A stretch of 64,000 nucleotides of DNA, taken from the NCBI RefSeq assembly GCF_000143415.4, contig NW_003314296.1:186001-250000 (forward strand). The letters run 5' to 3'. Within the stretch, counting starts at the first letter, position 1. The number at the start of each line of letters is the position of its first letter. Below the pieces are notes generated by a model. That model was given only the letters and a program-made list of their open reading frames with translations, searched no databases and was not told the origin of the DNA. The position numbers were made by a program, and so were the translations under genes. This document shows positions 1 through 12,139 of this stretch, piece after piece. The DNA is from Selaginella moellendorffii. Taxonomy: Eukaryota > Plantae > Lycopodiophyta.

Positions 1-26
1 GAGCAGCTTCGCTGAGCTACACAACC

Positions 27-211
27 AACACGCTCATGGACATGTACACGAAGTATGGGTATTTGACAGGGTGGTTTCGCAAGACGTTTCATGGAACGTC
101 TTGATGCTTGGCTATGCTGAGAACGGAGAAGAGTCTCTTATGTTGCAGCTACTCCAAGTGACGGCTGGTGCTGCAAGCCCAAGGCTTGGGGCTGTCTCGC
201 CGCCAAAGTAA
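27..211 (+). pseudogene. PLS-type PPR gene fragment, frameshifted
   Basis: NTLMDMYTKYG (27-59), then in a shifted frame VFDRVVSQDVSWNVLMLGYAENGE. These are typical PLS-PPR motifs, followed by an early stop. Confidence 0.65.
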
Positions 212-1087
212 AAGAAAATCACTGAGCAGCATTTTCTCTATTGCCTCGCTCCTCGTGTCAAACTATCCTGAGCTTGGATCTCCTTGTGACGGTGCTGGCA
301 TGCTTGTCAATCTAGTACTTTCTCACAGGTGAGACATTCTTTTAGCTTTCAGAACTTGTCAACTCCTGGTGCTCGCGATGCAGATCTCAACTTGTAGAAA
401 TCACCATCCCAACTATCCTATGCATTTTAACGTTATTGTGCTCTGTTTTTGAAAAAAATCCATCATCAAGGTACTTGGTCTATTTTATTTGCTTTTTTCC
501 AAAGGATTCCATCTGATACTGCAACGAGAAGCCGAGAATATGATTGTGGAGGCATAAATTGCCTTGTTGCTCGTGTTCCTCTCAACTGAAAGGTACTACG
601 TCGCTCATATCAAACTTAGGCCAGCAATTCAAAGCTACTGGATGCTCTCTTCCGGTGGCACAAATTACGATTTATAAGTGGCATGGATTATTTTTTAATG
701 ATCTTTTGGCTTTGATGTATATATTTACTCTCCTTTGGAGTGTGTATAATGCTGTAATATGAGGACCAGAAAGTCTCGAAATCTATAACATGGTGTTGGG
801 AAAGTAATTCCAGGGAGAAGTTACATTAGATGATGAGAGCTACTGGTGCTTTCAAGAGTGATTCCATTTGAATGTACTAGGTTAACCGCAACTTTGGGGG
901 ACGGAGCACGACAAACAATCGCCGAGAGATTGCCAGGGCTTTGACACAGTTAGATCGCACTAAAGAGAAATAACTACACACCATTTGATCATCAAATTAA
1001 GGAGGTGGCTGACAAATCGAAAGTGAAAGAGAACTAGAGCTGTTATACAGATAAGTGGTGGAGGACTTTACTGCTAACACTCTCTCC

Positions 1088-1385
1088 TGTTTAGCTGAGT
1101 CCTGCAACAGCTAATCAATCCTTGCTAGTCTGCTCGAAACACTAGTATCCTTTAGCTGAGTCCTCCTGGCTAATCTGCTGTTACGACTATGCCTGCTGCA
1201 AGTAATCTTCAACACCTCTATATCTAATTTGTTGCCAATCTCCTGCTACCAAAATACTAGTCTCCTTAGCTGAGCCCTCTTGGCTAATCTGCTACTATAT
1301 CTAAAGACAACATTCTTTCCTCTACCCGCTTCCTAGCTTCGGCTATACTTATCGGCTACTTCGGCTATACTTCGGCTATACTTCT
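1088..1385. repeat. Short imperfect repeats (TTAGCTGAGTCCT-type x3; CTTCGGCTATA tandem)
   Basis: Direct repeats near 1091, 1152 and 1266; tandem cttcggctata units at ~1337-1383. Confidence 0.55.
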
Positions 1386-1475
1386 CTAAACACCTGCTCA
1401 ACCTGCTTCTACGTAACTAATCTTCATAGTCCATCCCAGTACTGGACTATGTCCTGCTCTATGGTTGCTGCTAAC

Positions 1476-2339
1476 TTAATCCATGTCCTCTGCCCCCCAC
1501 ACCTGTTTGATGCTGCCTTCGTTACTTGACCACTTCTGCTTCGAAACTGCTGTGTAATAACTTCTGCTTCGAACGAAACGTGACCTGCTTAATAGGAAGC
1601 GAGGAAATAACAGGGCGTGAAGCGGCAGGGGAGCGAAGTGAGTGGCGCGGAGGAGGGAGGAACAAACAACATCAGCAGCGGCAGCAGCAGCAAGGACATA
1701 AAGTCTTACGCTTCTTGATGGGCACCACAAGACTATAAACATCGGCATGGTCTGTTGGGTAGAGGCCCTTGCAGATGAATCCACATTCCCATGTTGCCCT
1801 CCGCCATACAGGAACCATACGGAAAATAAGTCCTTCGCATTGTTGGCCAGCTTGGACAGCATGGGTTCCAAGTTCCAGCTCCACCATAAGCTATGTTCCA
1901 GCCCCACCATTTAGCAGCCTGTATAAAAAAAGACATAAAACGCTGAGAGATTGACAACGAAGAAACAAGGAAATCGAGAAACAATACCTTTTCATCTCGG
2001 CCACCCAGCTTGAGAGCACAAGCTTACGGCATTGAGAGATAAGCTTCTTCCAAACACACCAGCCAGTCGAGATAGTGGCTGTCCGAGCCCCTTAAGATAG
2101 AAGTCGTTGCTCAAGCTCTTCAGCTCGTTCGTCTCCTTGGTGTGGAGCTTCTTGGGATCTAGCGTCACCTTTTATCCAGTCACGTTGAGCATCTCGCGCT
2201 TGGTTTCCAGCTCCTCCTCCTCCTCCGCTCTGATCTGTCGCATCAGGCATTTGAGTTCCAGTTCCTTCAGATCATTCGCTTTGCGTTGCTCGGCGACCGA
2301 AGTGTTGAGTCGCTCGACCACTTGAGCTGCATTGAAGTC
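1476..2339 (-). pseudogene. Degraded multi-exon gene of unknown function (coiled-coil-like segment)
   Basis: Plausible splice sites (ttccag|GAC ~2340, aaaag|GT ~1988, atacag|GC ~1919) and a Glu/Lys-rich ORF piece interrupted by stops. No family recognised. Confidence 0.25.
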
Positions 2340-2817
2340 CTGGAAGCAAAACACGAAAAGAGATTAGCAAGAATAAACAGTGAAGCTCAAACTAAGATTG
2401 CTAGAAACTCGAGGCTAAGGTTGCTGAGAACCCGGAGATGCTACGCAGAAAAGCTTGGAGATAGAAGCAAGCTGATGGAAGCAGAAAAACTAAAAAATAA
2501 AAGCAACGTAAGTTCTCGGAGATGGAAGCAACTTAGAGACGGAGATGGAAAAACTCAAAGATGAAAGGTTGGCTAGGAATAGCCAAGGAACAAACTCCAA
2601 GGAGTGCGAAGAAGCTCTTAAAAATTGATTCAAGATTCACGATCGATGCTACTGTGATAACATTTGTAACTGTGTGTGTAGCTTGGAACTCTCCCACTTC
2701 TTTCGACGTTAAATTCTGGCTCACAAACCGAGTAAGATTTAGAAAACTGCGAGAAAACTTACCAAGAGCCGAAGGACCGAGAGACGTGGCGAAGGAAAAC
2801 GCTGGTGGATAACGGAA

Positions 2818-4293
2818 CTACGAAACTTGTCCTCGCAGTTCCCGGTGCTGGTCACCTCCTCGATCATCTGGAACGAGCTGTATCAGCTGCTGCTGCTGCT
2901 GGCCGCCGTGATCTTGTTCAGGAGGAGGAGGAGGAGGAGCAATGATCTCCGTGTCCACAGCAAACTCCACCCATTTCTTGGACTTGACGAACATGATCGC
3001 CGGGTACAAGACGATCCCCACGGCAGCCACGCCGCAGCTCACAAAGATCGTCCGCATGGAAGCCAGGCACATCACCAGCACCAGGAACGCCGAGGGTGGC
3101 AGGCAAAACATCACCACCCCGAGCGTCCCGAGCTGGAGCTTGAACGGCCTGTGGAGATCCGGGCGCTTCACTCGCAGCCAGATGAAAGCCGCGAACTCGA
3201 GCAGCATCCCCACGCAGTAGAGAAAGTTGAGCAGCTCCACGATCTCCTGGAAAGTCATCCACGACAGCAGCACCACCCCGGTGGCCGAGCACAAAATCCC
3301 CAGGACTGGAGTGCCGTGCTTGGATCGCCTCGCAAAGATCCTGGGGAGCATCCCAATCTCCGCCATGCCCAGGAGCTGGAAAGAGTCGCTGCTCATCTCG
3401 GCCTCGAAGAGACCCATGTTGGACAGCGCCGCCGCGGAGTTGATCCACCACTTGAGCCACTGCCCTCCAATCTCCCGGCCGATGTCCGCGAAGTAGCCAT
3501 CCTCCCAGTCCTCGCGGTGGAGATCCAGCACTCCAGTGCCCGCCAGCAGTGGAATGATATACGAGATCACCACCAAGAGCACTGCCGCGAAGAGAGCTCG
3601 AGGAAACGTCTCGCTGGGTCGCTCGATCTCGCCGGCTAGAGTGCTGGCCTTGTCCCAGAAGTTTAGATTCCAGAAGAGGCTGTTGAGGTACCCGCGCCAC
3701 TGTGTCTCACGGATGCTCACGACGATCCATCGCCGCGGTTTGATCCGCGGAAGAGCTAGAATCCCCATGATCGCGAATGGCAGCAGCGAGAAGAATGCCA
3801 AGAGGATGGCCGCGAAGCCGACGATGGTGAGCCCCCTGTAATTCACGAATGTGAGCAGCGCCGTGAGGATCGCGAGCGTGGGGTACCTCGCGGCGGCGGT
3901 GGCGAAGACTGGCACCGATCGCTTGATGTAGTCGAGGAAGAGGACCGGGTAGAGCGCATTGTCGATGACGCCGCTCAGCCACTTCCAGAATCCCTCCTGG
4001 AATCCCCAGAAGGGGCCAAAGGCGGCCGAGATCCAGAGGACGTAGCCGCCGTTGGCTGGAAACGCTGTGGCGAGCTCCGCCGTGATGAGGGCCTCGGGGA
4101 CGCTCCACAGGAAGGGGAAGATGATGAACCCTAGAATCGCCAGCAGTGGCCCGGCCGCCCTCACGGAATCCTCCACCCCGAACGGCCCGCCAGAGACCTC
4201 GTAGAAGATGAGCGCGACGAGAGGGAAGAATGAGAGCTTAGATCGCTGCTGATGCTCGCTTGCCTGGAATCGATTGATCGACGATTCATCCAT
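2818..4293 (-). CDS. PUT: Polyamine/LAT-family (APC) transporter, single exon
   Basis: [50 protein letters not shown] and [17 protein letters not shown] motifs with many TM segments. The first in-frame ATG is 4293 (MDESS...); the track's start at 4365 is a GTG. Confidence 0.93.
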   Translation of the reverse strand: MDESSINRFQASEHQQRSKLSFFPLVALIFYEVSGGPFGVEDSVRAAGPLLAILGFIIFPFLWSVPEALITAELATAFPANGGYVLWISAAFGPFWGFQEGFWKWLSGVIDNALYPVLFLDYIKRSVPVFATAAARYPTLAILTALLTFVNYRGLTIVGFAAILLAFFSLLPFAIMGILALPRIKPRRWIVVSIRETQWRGYLNSLFWNLNFWDKASTLAGEIERPSETFPRALFAAVLLVVISYIIPLLAGTGVLDLHREDWEDGYFADIGREIGGQWLKWWINSAAALSNMGLFEAEMSSDSFQLLGMAEIGMLPRIFARRSKHGTPVLGILCSATGVVLLSWMTFQEIVELLNFLYCVGMLLEFAAFIWLRVKRPDLHRPFKLQLGTLGVVMFCLPPSAFLVLVMCLASMRTIFVSCGVAAVGIVLYPAIMFVKSKKWVEFAVDTEIIAPPPPPPEQDHGGQQQQQLIQLVPDDRGGDQHRELRGQVS

Positions 4294-4414
4294 CCAAGAT
4301 TTCCTGTTCCAACCTGTGCTGGGACGATCTACATCGGTGGAGATGCTCTGCGAGGCCGCGATCACGGCGGCGGCGCCACTGCCGCCACGGCTCTCGAGCG
4401 TGGCGCCTCTTCAT
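4286..4414 (-). promoter_or_regulatory. Candidate overlapping uORF (42 aa, Arg-rich) on the transporter leader
   Basis: ATG at 4414 encodes [20 protein letters not shown]...EILDG*. It is out of frame with the transporter and stops just after the transporter ATG (ATGGATGA overlap). Confidence 0.35.
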
Positions 4415-4753
4415 CCCAAAACCCTGACCTAAACGAATGTTCACTTTGTTTGAAAAGATTCGCGCGGGAAATTGGTATAATTCCTTCCATGTGACGGGCA
4501 TGATTCCGCGGTATCTTTTGTTTTCCTCTTGGGGCTCGGGTTCGATCCATCATGGGCTTTTCTTCTTTAATGAAATTGGCACCGTTGGATTCACCCGTCA
4601 TCGCGACTGGACGGGCAGCCGTACGCGTACCAAGCGTCGATCGTACTCGTCGCGCGTTTAAGCATTTTGGTTTTAAACCCTAACTCTTCGTCCTCGTTTC
4701 CCCTCTTCCAGTGTGGAGAAGAAAGAGAGGAGCGATCGATCGATCCCAATGCA

Positions 4754-5131
4754 ATGGCGCCTTCTCTTGCGCGCTCCTCGGCGACGCTCGCGCTGCTGCT
4801 GCTGCTGCTGCTTCTAGCGATCGGCATTGAATCGACATCGCGCGGGGGAGTCAAGAATCCGGTAAGAAAATCCGGAAATCCTCTTCTTTTCTCTCGATCC
4901 CTCCCCTCCTCATCGATCGCTCACGAAATATCTCGATCCTGGCAGATTATCACCAGCGACAACCGAAGATTTCTACTCCGGCGCTCCGCGGGATTCTCGA
5001 CGTCGTTCCACTTGAGCTGCCCGGGCGATGATTGCCGCCAAGCTCCGGGGCACGATGCCTTCGCGGCTTCCGACCGCCTGGTGCCTTCCGGCCCGGATCC
5101 TCTGCATCATCGGATCAGAGTCCACAATTGA
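4754..5131 (+). CDS. CLE: CLE signalling peptide precursor, 2 exons (4754-4861, 4946-5131)
   Basis: Hydrophobic signal peptide [24 protein letters not shown], an 84-nt GT-AG intron at 4862-4945, and the CLE dodecapeptide RLVPSGPDPLHH at 5075-5110. Confidence 0.9.
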   Translation: MAPSLARSSATLALLLLLLLLAIGIESTSRGGVKNPVRKSGNPLLFSRSLPSSSIAHEISRSWQIITSDNRRFLLRRSAGFSTSFHLSCPGDDCRQAPGHDAFAASDRLVPSGPDPLHHRIRVHN

Positions 5132-6752
5132 GGCGCACAGAGGTTCTTCGTTTCCTGCGATCTCATCTTTCTTCTAGAGTAGTATCGTAGTGGCGGCGCG
5201 GCATTGCTACTGCTGGAGAAGCCACAAAGCTCTTTTTGCTCCGACACGTATCGGTTTTGGACAGTTTCTTGAGATGCTGCTCTGGGTGTGAAGGTGGGAA
5301 TTCGGTGCTCGTCGCGGACAGGGAGAGGGAGAGGGAGAGGGAGAGAGTGAGAAGTTAATTGCGGCTGTCGCGCAGGCAGCCACCTCTCTTCCTTTTGGAG
5401 CTGCTGCTCATCAATGGCACCGAATTTCCCCAAAGCAAGCTCCTTTCTTCCTGGCTAACTTTTCCTTTTGCTTTGTTTCTCTCTTTTCTTGGCAGAGCCG
5501 CATTACAGAGTTCTAGGCAACGTGAATGCTGTCTGATCCAGGTACTCTGACAATGTTCTTCTCCTTGACATGATTCTTCCACTGTTTTGTCAGATCCCAG
5601 AGCGTGATCCCAGCTGATCAAAATATGTTCTTCGACTGGTCCAAAGCCAGAGCAACTTGGTTCTTTCAGGTACTGTGAATCGATTCACTTAGACGCAGGT
5701 GTCTACCTAGAGCAGAGAGTTCCTTTGCTTTGGTCTATAGGTGCGTTTGTTCCTTTCCATTTGTTCCTTGTGCGCTTGTCAGTATAGACTACCAGCTAGT
5801 AACCATCCATCCAGTGCCTCTGCTGATAGAAAAAGGAAGAAATTTTTGTCTATCCTCTCCTTTTCCAGTGATAGTGTCGGGACAATGAGAGTGTGAAGGG
5901 AATGTGTCTTTAGCTGTTTTATTCGTTGTCTGTTGGAATCCACATGTGACAAACCATGGGCGATAGAAAATCTATTTCCTTGATATTTGGCTAACAAACT
6001 CTCATTGTTACTCGCAGGCCTGGCCAGCCATATCCATGGATTAAGCTTTGGAGATCGAGATGGAGCCAGGGAAGAAAATATCGAGAAGGGCCGTGTCCTT
6101 GCTAAAGGTTCCAATCTAAACCACGCTCCGGGAAGATCCAGGTACTAAACGTGGGTATCTTATCTTATATTCTCTCGCAGAGGTTCTTTCTTGTTAGCGG
6201 CACGGAGCCAAAAGTTTCTCTCCGTCCGTACGCCAAGGACACGCCTATTGAAGGCAACCACATGGGCTATAAAAATACGATAGGTACTACCATTGATGGA
6301 GATGATCTCGTCGTGTAGAAGCGCTTCTTCTCTTCTCTTCTCTCCGAGCATCTTGTATTTATGAATGGAACGCGAATATGCGTTTCCACCATTTAAAACT
6401 TGCCTGACCGTGCGTGGGTTCCCATGAGGAAATCTTTTTCAAAATAGAAATAGAATTTTAGAAATAATGGATCATATCATAATCATGTGAAATTTCACAC
6501 AACATTAGCATTAACGGGGATTATAGGACGGGCGAGATGCGGATTTTCGTGAAGGTTGGGGTAATGGTTGACAAGTGGAATTTCAAACATGGGATGGGAG
6601 AGGCATCACAAGATCATCAAAACGGCTTACTATAATCCGTCAGTCTCATGCTTCTTGGTGGGCGCCACAAAACCCAGCTAATGAATGAATGAATGAAATG
6701 CAAACACCTTTCCACTTTAGAGATTCATGAAACTTATCTTCCAGCTTTCCAA

Positions 6753-7747
6753 TCAAGCTAAGCCATTGGTGAAATCAAATATCTCTTGGCCTGCTAAGAA
6801 TGGTACTTGGTGCTTTTCAGCCCAGAATCTGGCATCCTGAAGTGGAAGGGCTCCAAAGTCATCACCCTCATTACACAGCATCACACAGCCAACCTAGAAG
6901 GATCAGTTAGCATCTACAAATTACAGGAATATCAATCAGAGGAAAAAGAATCATACAAAGCTAACAGAATTAAAACGGTCAAAGGAAAAAGGAAAAAGGA
7001 AAGAAAAAGAGAAAAGCTTGAGAGAAAACATGCAAGTTAGCATCTTAATATCATAGAAAGCACAGGAATATCAATCAGAGCAAAAAGAATCATACAAAGC
7101 TAACAGATGATTACAACAGTCAGGAAAAATAATAGAGAGAAAAAGCCTACCATGAGAGGAGAGATCCCTGCTGCTTTGGCAAGGGCCACTGATAGCTCAG
7201 TGTGGCCCTGCCTAGCTCTCAAGCCCAAAGAGTTCTCCACACACAGAAAAATATGGCCTGGAGCATGAAATTCTCTCCCAAATGCCTCTTGGGCACTTGT
7301 AAGAGGCTTGACAATACCACCATTGCCATTGGAGGCACAGCTGTGCTCGCCCCACAGGCCAGCCAGGCGGCGACACGTGTAGCTCCTCTCCACGTCGGAC
7401 GCCCCAGTCTTGAGGCTCCTGTGGTCCAAAGAGATTCCAACCGAGCATGAGCCCTGGCACATTACCGTACCTTTGGCACTGCACTGCAGCACGGGGTGGG
7501 AATGGGCCATGGCCAGCACCTGACCCATGTACGGCAGCCCGAACGTCGTGGCCACCTCGCTGCCAATGGCGATGTAGAGCTCGCCCCCGGCCTGCGTACG
7601 GAGAGTACGGAGCGCGCCCGGGGTGGTGGTGGCCGCCGGGAAGAACAAGTCGGTCTCGCCCTCGCGGCTCTCCGAGTCGAGAATGGCGACGCATTTGCCA
7701 CTGGCCAGAGCTTCCAGTGCCTGGCGGATGATCGAGGACGGTGGCAT
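6753..7747 (-). CDS. ribB: Stand-alone DHBP synthase (RibB) homolog, archaeal-like, 245 aa, 2 exons (7747-7151, 6893-6753)
   Basis: DSESREGETD, TGASDVER, EFHAPGH and RQGHTELSVALA motifs. Phase-0 GT-AG intron at 7150-6894; exon 2 reads VGCVMLCNEGDDFGALPLQDARFWAEKHQVPFLAGQEIFDFTNGLA*. Confidence 0.88.
6923..7125. repeat. ~45-60 bp direct duplication inside the ribB intron
   Basis: acaggaatatcaatcagag(g/c)aaaaagaatcatacaaagctaacaga occurs at ~6923 and ~7062. Confidence 0.8.
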
Positions 7748-8070
7748 TGCTCGCGTGATGCTGGGAGAGAACTTTAAAACCAAAGGAATGGAATCACTTA
7801 CGAACTTCTCGAAGAAACCAATGTAGAAGCTCGAGAAGCTAAAAAACGGGAGAGAAAAAGAGACCTGAGAAAAGGAGCAAGCGTTAGATATTTTGATGAA
7901 ACCACGAAACGATTATAAAGGGGAAGAGAGCCATACCTTGTTTGTCTTTGTCTCGCAGGCGCTGGTTGAAACAAGACAAAGAATTATCTGCAAGCGCACG
8001 AATCTTAAGGCCCAGAGCGCTCGAGCTGCTGCGAGTGGTCTTTCGCTGACACCGATAATAATGGAGTGTA

Positions 8071-10911
8071 TCATAAGTAGTCGTCGGCCTCGGAGAAATA
8101 TGGTTGGAACATTTCCTCCTCCCAACAGTGGTCTGCTATAACTTTGTAAACTTCCATGAGGAGCTTCGGAAATCTAGTCCGGAAGTAGCTCTCGTAGCCT
8201 TGAGGAATGCTTCCTAGTATTTGCTGCAAAGAAACCAAAAAGAACTCAGCAATTCGGTAGAAGAAGAGAAGTAAACCTTGGGAGAAAAGAGTTACCTGTA
8301 CATCGGCAGGAAGCTCCCTGTAATGGTTCGCCTTGTTACGAATGACCCTGAGTAAATCCCGCACGGCCTGATAGTTATATTGCCTGTAGCGGCCGAGGTT
8401 GTTGATGAGTAAAGGGTCCAGCTTCTCATCCCATGCTCCGCCCAACGCAGTCGGAGCCACGGCCTCCAGCGCAGTCAGTACCGCCGAGCTGGCTTCTCTA
8501 TCCTCGCGTTCGACACGATCGCTAGCAGTGATGAGAAACTGCAAGCGCTGTTGCGGGGGCCAGAAAAATGGATGAAGCTTTACTTGCATAGCAGTTGGTC
8601 TGTGTAAAACAGAAAAGGATTGATCAGAAATATATCCAAAGATTGTACCTGTCTTTGGGATCCATGGCAAGCAAACTTGAAATGATGTCGATAGCTTCTG
8701 GATAGTGATCTACAGCAAAGAGATCCATTTTACCAGACACAATGTTCATGTCACGCTCCAGTCGGCCTCCAAATGGATGCTGTCCGCCAGTGACGCAGAA
8801 GTAAAGGAGGCAACCAACGCTGAACATATCTACAGCTCGAGTTTGCCGCTCGCCCTGGATTTGTTCGGGTGCTTGCCAGCCGGAACTGCCCATACCTGTT
8901 TAAACATACGTAAAATCTTTCTCTTTCTTTTGTTTTTGGCAAATAGAATCGTACCAGTCGTAAGCTTGTCAATGCCTGACGCTCCATCATTCAGCCGCTT
9001 ACTGATTCCCATATCGGATATTTTTGCGCTCAGAAAAGTGCCACTCCGAAGAATCAAGACGTTTTGAGGCTTCAAGTCTCGATGAACATAGCCGAGCTTG
9101 TGAAGATGAACGAGTCCTTCCAAAACATCTCTGTAATGAAAAGCGAACAAGAAAATAGTACGTGAGCCAGCAACAAGAAAACTACCTCATCAGTCTCATG
9201 AGCAACGGGCTTGGAAGGCAGGACCTATCCCACAAGGTGAGCTTTTGCTGCAAAATCTCCTGGAGTTCTTTCTCCTCGAACTCGTTTACTTCAGTTCGAT
9301 TGTCTGCGCCAGCAGCGTGCACGACAATAAATGTTTCCAGGTTAAAGCTGCATCTCTCCAGAGCTATATAGACGAAGTCGTTGTCCTGCTCCATTGAGTA
9401 GTACCGCACCACATTTGGATGAGTATCCAGCTCGATGAGAGCAGCTATTTCCTTCGAGGCTTTGTGGTAAAAGCCGCTAAGTATCGACTTCACAGCTACC
9501 TGCCTCTGATCCAGCTTGCCTTCGAGAATCCTGGTGCCATGACTTCCGTAACCGATGACTATCTTAGAGATCGTCAAGCTCCCAATTCTTCCATCTGCAT
9601 CCTGCTTTTTCGGTTGATCCACTTTCGTATCATCCACCTGTTTACTAACGTTTTCTTGAGAGGCTCGATCACCCTTCGGACCTCTGCGTTTCTTCCGCTT
9701 TTGCTGCTGCTCCTTTTCCTTCTTCTGCTTTTCTTTCTGTCCAAAGTGTAGCACTCCTTTCAGCACCAGAGTTACCACAGCCAGACATGCAAGCAGTGCA
9801 CCGAAAAGCCACCCAACTGGAAAGCTTCCCCTGCCGCTGTTGGTGCTGTTTCTGGGATTGGATCCGCTAGGAAGTGCCAGAATCGCATTTGAAGGAGCCG
9901 AGACTGGAGGCAAGGTGTGGTTCTTGACAAGGTAGTCGAGGTAATACGGTGGCTCCACGATAATCGGTGTGAATTTCGTGCCTTGAAACGTGCGCTTGGA
10001 TGGCTTTCCATCAGAGACAAGCACAGTCAAGCTGGTTGTATTTCCTGCTGCGATACCTGGATAGTCGATATCCTCCGCCAAGTTGGCAACTTCCGAGAAT
10101 CGTATCGTCCACTTGACGGAGCCGGTTGAGACTTCGAAGCACGTCAAGGAATAATCTGTGCGTTGGAAGAAGAGGGGCTTAAAGTCCTTGAGCATCGAGG
10201 ATAGCAGCGGCTCCGCATCCTTCCCAGACGTTGTTCCGTTGATGTCAAACTTGTGGATCAGAGTCCCGGTGCTGGGGTCGACCACGAACACTGATTTCAA
10301 AGACGCCCCTATCACCACGCCACCCTCGCTCACGATCGGGCTCTCAGCAATGTACTTCTTCAAAGTCTCGTAATCCTGTGAAGAATAAAAAGTGTGAGCT
10401 CCAGAACCACAAATAAGTAAAAAAACAAGGCTTGGCTATGTAAATTCTACAAGAGCTCGACAGTGCTGGGAGGAAACTCTTCTATCAAGACTTGAAAGGA
10501 AAAACTAGAAAGGATTGCAAAAGAATTCACGTCCCTAAAAACGCGTAGCGGCTAAGAACCCAAGATACCTGGTCGAAATGCTCCGCCTCGTCGGCATACT
10601 GCTCAATCGGCTCAATCTCCACGAGCGAGCTCCCTCCAGACGAAAACGACCAGAAATACTTGCCAGTGTCATCGATCGCGTGCACAGTACCATCTGGCGT
10701 GAGCCTGAAACCTCTACAGTGCGAAAGTACATCGATTAGGCAGCGGCCACGACCTTCGATCGCTCACTTACAGTGAAGAATCCGAAAATTTGGGCGCCTG
10801 TGCAAGCGTTAGATCCGCCGCGACTGGATTTCCCGAAATTTCACCCGCGGATGGCCGTGTCGATTTGCCGCTGAGCCCTAGCGGCACGAGAAGGAGCAGC
10901 AATGCCAGCAT
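8071..10911 (-). CDS. IRE1: IRE1 ER-stress kinase/endoribonuclease, 7 exons (10911-10772, 10713-10569, 10375-9186, 9130-8955, 8895-8649, 8599-8296, 8223-8071)
   Basis: Signal peptide, luminal domain, TM helix, kinase motifs (GYGSHGT, VAVK, HPNVVRYY, HRDLKPQN, DMG, GWQAPE) and KEN RNase motifs (DLLRVIRNKANHYREL, YFRTRFPKLL). All splice phases are consistent. Confidence 0.95.
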
Positions 10912-11023
10912 GCTTGACTTCCTAAAAGCCCTAATCTCGTGAACGTTTTACTTGAATATATATGTGTTTGACTATCATTGGCCAATGTTTTACCACCGTT
11001 GACTGGATGGATCCCTGTTTCAT

Positions 11024-12001
11024 CTAGCCACGCCCGTAGAGCACATCCGGCGAGCTCACTTCACCGCGAAATGGGATCTCGATGCGCTCCTTGACGACGC
11101 ATTTGGAGACCCCATCCACGAAGATCATCACTTTGCCTGGAGGGCATCGCTCCTCCATCGCTGGAGCTCTCGGAGGAATCGCCAGCGATGGCGTCGGGAT
11201 CACTGGAGGAGCAGTGGTAGCCTCGCTCGAGCTCCTCCTTCTCTCGTGCCTGGATCCAATCTCCGAGAAGAGGATGATCGTGGTAAGAACACCCGCCATC
11301 ACCATCGCCGCTCGAGAGGTGACTCCAACCCCGGGGCCGAAGAGCCGGCCAGCAAATCTTCGCAGGTCCAAGCCCAGCTTGATCGGGATCCCGAGAAAGT
11401 TCGCCATGAACGTCTTGTGGATCTCTCCTCGATCGCCGTGCTGTTCTTCGATTCTAATCGGCTCTCCAGCCTGCGTGATCCGCGCTGGAGACTTCTCTTG
11501 CTCGATCCCCACGGGCTCTCCAGCGAACGCCAGAGCTTCGTGGATGATCTCCCATTCCTTGCCATGGTGGCTTCTTAGCCGGCTGAGAAGAATCAATCGG
11601 CTCTCCTCCAGCTCCGCGAGCGCTGTGTCTCGATCCATCCTTTGCTGCTGCTGGAGAGCCTGGAATTCGACATCCAGAGCGATCAATCCATGGACCAATT
11701 AAAGGCTTCTTCTCTTTACCTGGAGACACTCGAGCTGTTCTTCCAAGGCCTCGAGCGCATCGCGAATAGCGCCCAGGCTCTTCGCCTCGGCATTCGGCTC
11801 TCCGAGAAGACCTACATTTGACCCTTGCTCCTCCTCCTCCTCCTCGCCTCGATCTCGAGCAGCGCTGCTAACAGAGGAATCTCGCGCCTTACCAGCAGTG
11901 AGGAGGAACTCCGATTTGAGCGCGCGCTCGATGGCATCGTTGATCCGCGTGTGGAGATCCGAGGCGCGTTGGAGCACCACACTGATCTCATCAGGCTCCA
12001 T
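11024..12001 (-). CDS. PDV2: PLASTID DIVISION 2-like outer-envelope protein, 2 exons (12001-11720, 11659-11024)
   Basis: EAKSLGAIRDALEALEEQL|ALQQQQR coiled coil, IIHEALAFAGE, a TM segment, and C-terminal CVVKERIEIPF...DVLYGRG ending in Gly. Intron of 60 nt. Confidence 0.88.
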
Positions 12002-12139
12002 AAACCCTAGCCAAGCATATGTCGAATATTCTGGTGCCTTGGCTCCGCATGGTCTCTAAGCAGTACAACCTTGTTAAGATTGTCACTGATTTACTCTTTT
12101 AAACTTTTGGTTTTAGATTTTCCCAGCTAAAAGTGAGTT

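Noticed and set aside
2827-4108. Long antisense or alternate-frame ORFs over the transporter (likewise over ribB and PDV2)
   Set aside because: They are shadows of GC-rich codon usage and have no recognisable motifs.
5200-6700. Possible gene or miRNA precursor between CLE and ribB
   Set aside because: There is no recognisable protein motif, mature miRNA or long hairpin.
6753-7747. Prokaryotic contamination as the source of ribB
   Set aside because: It contains a GT-AG intron and is contiguous with plant genes.
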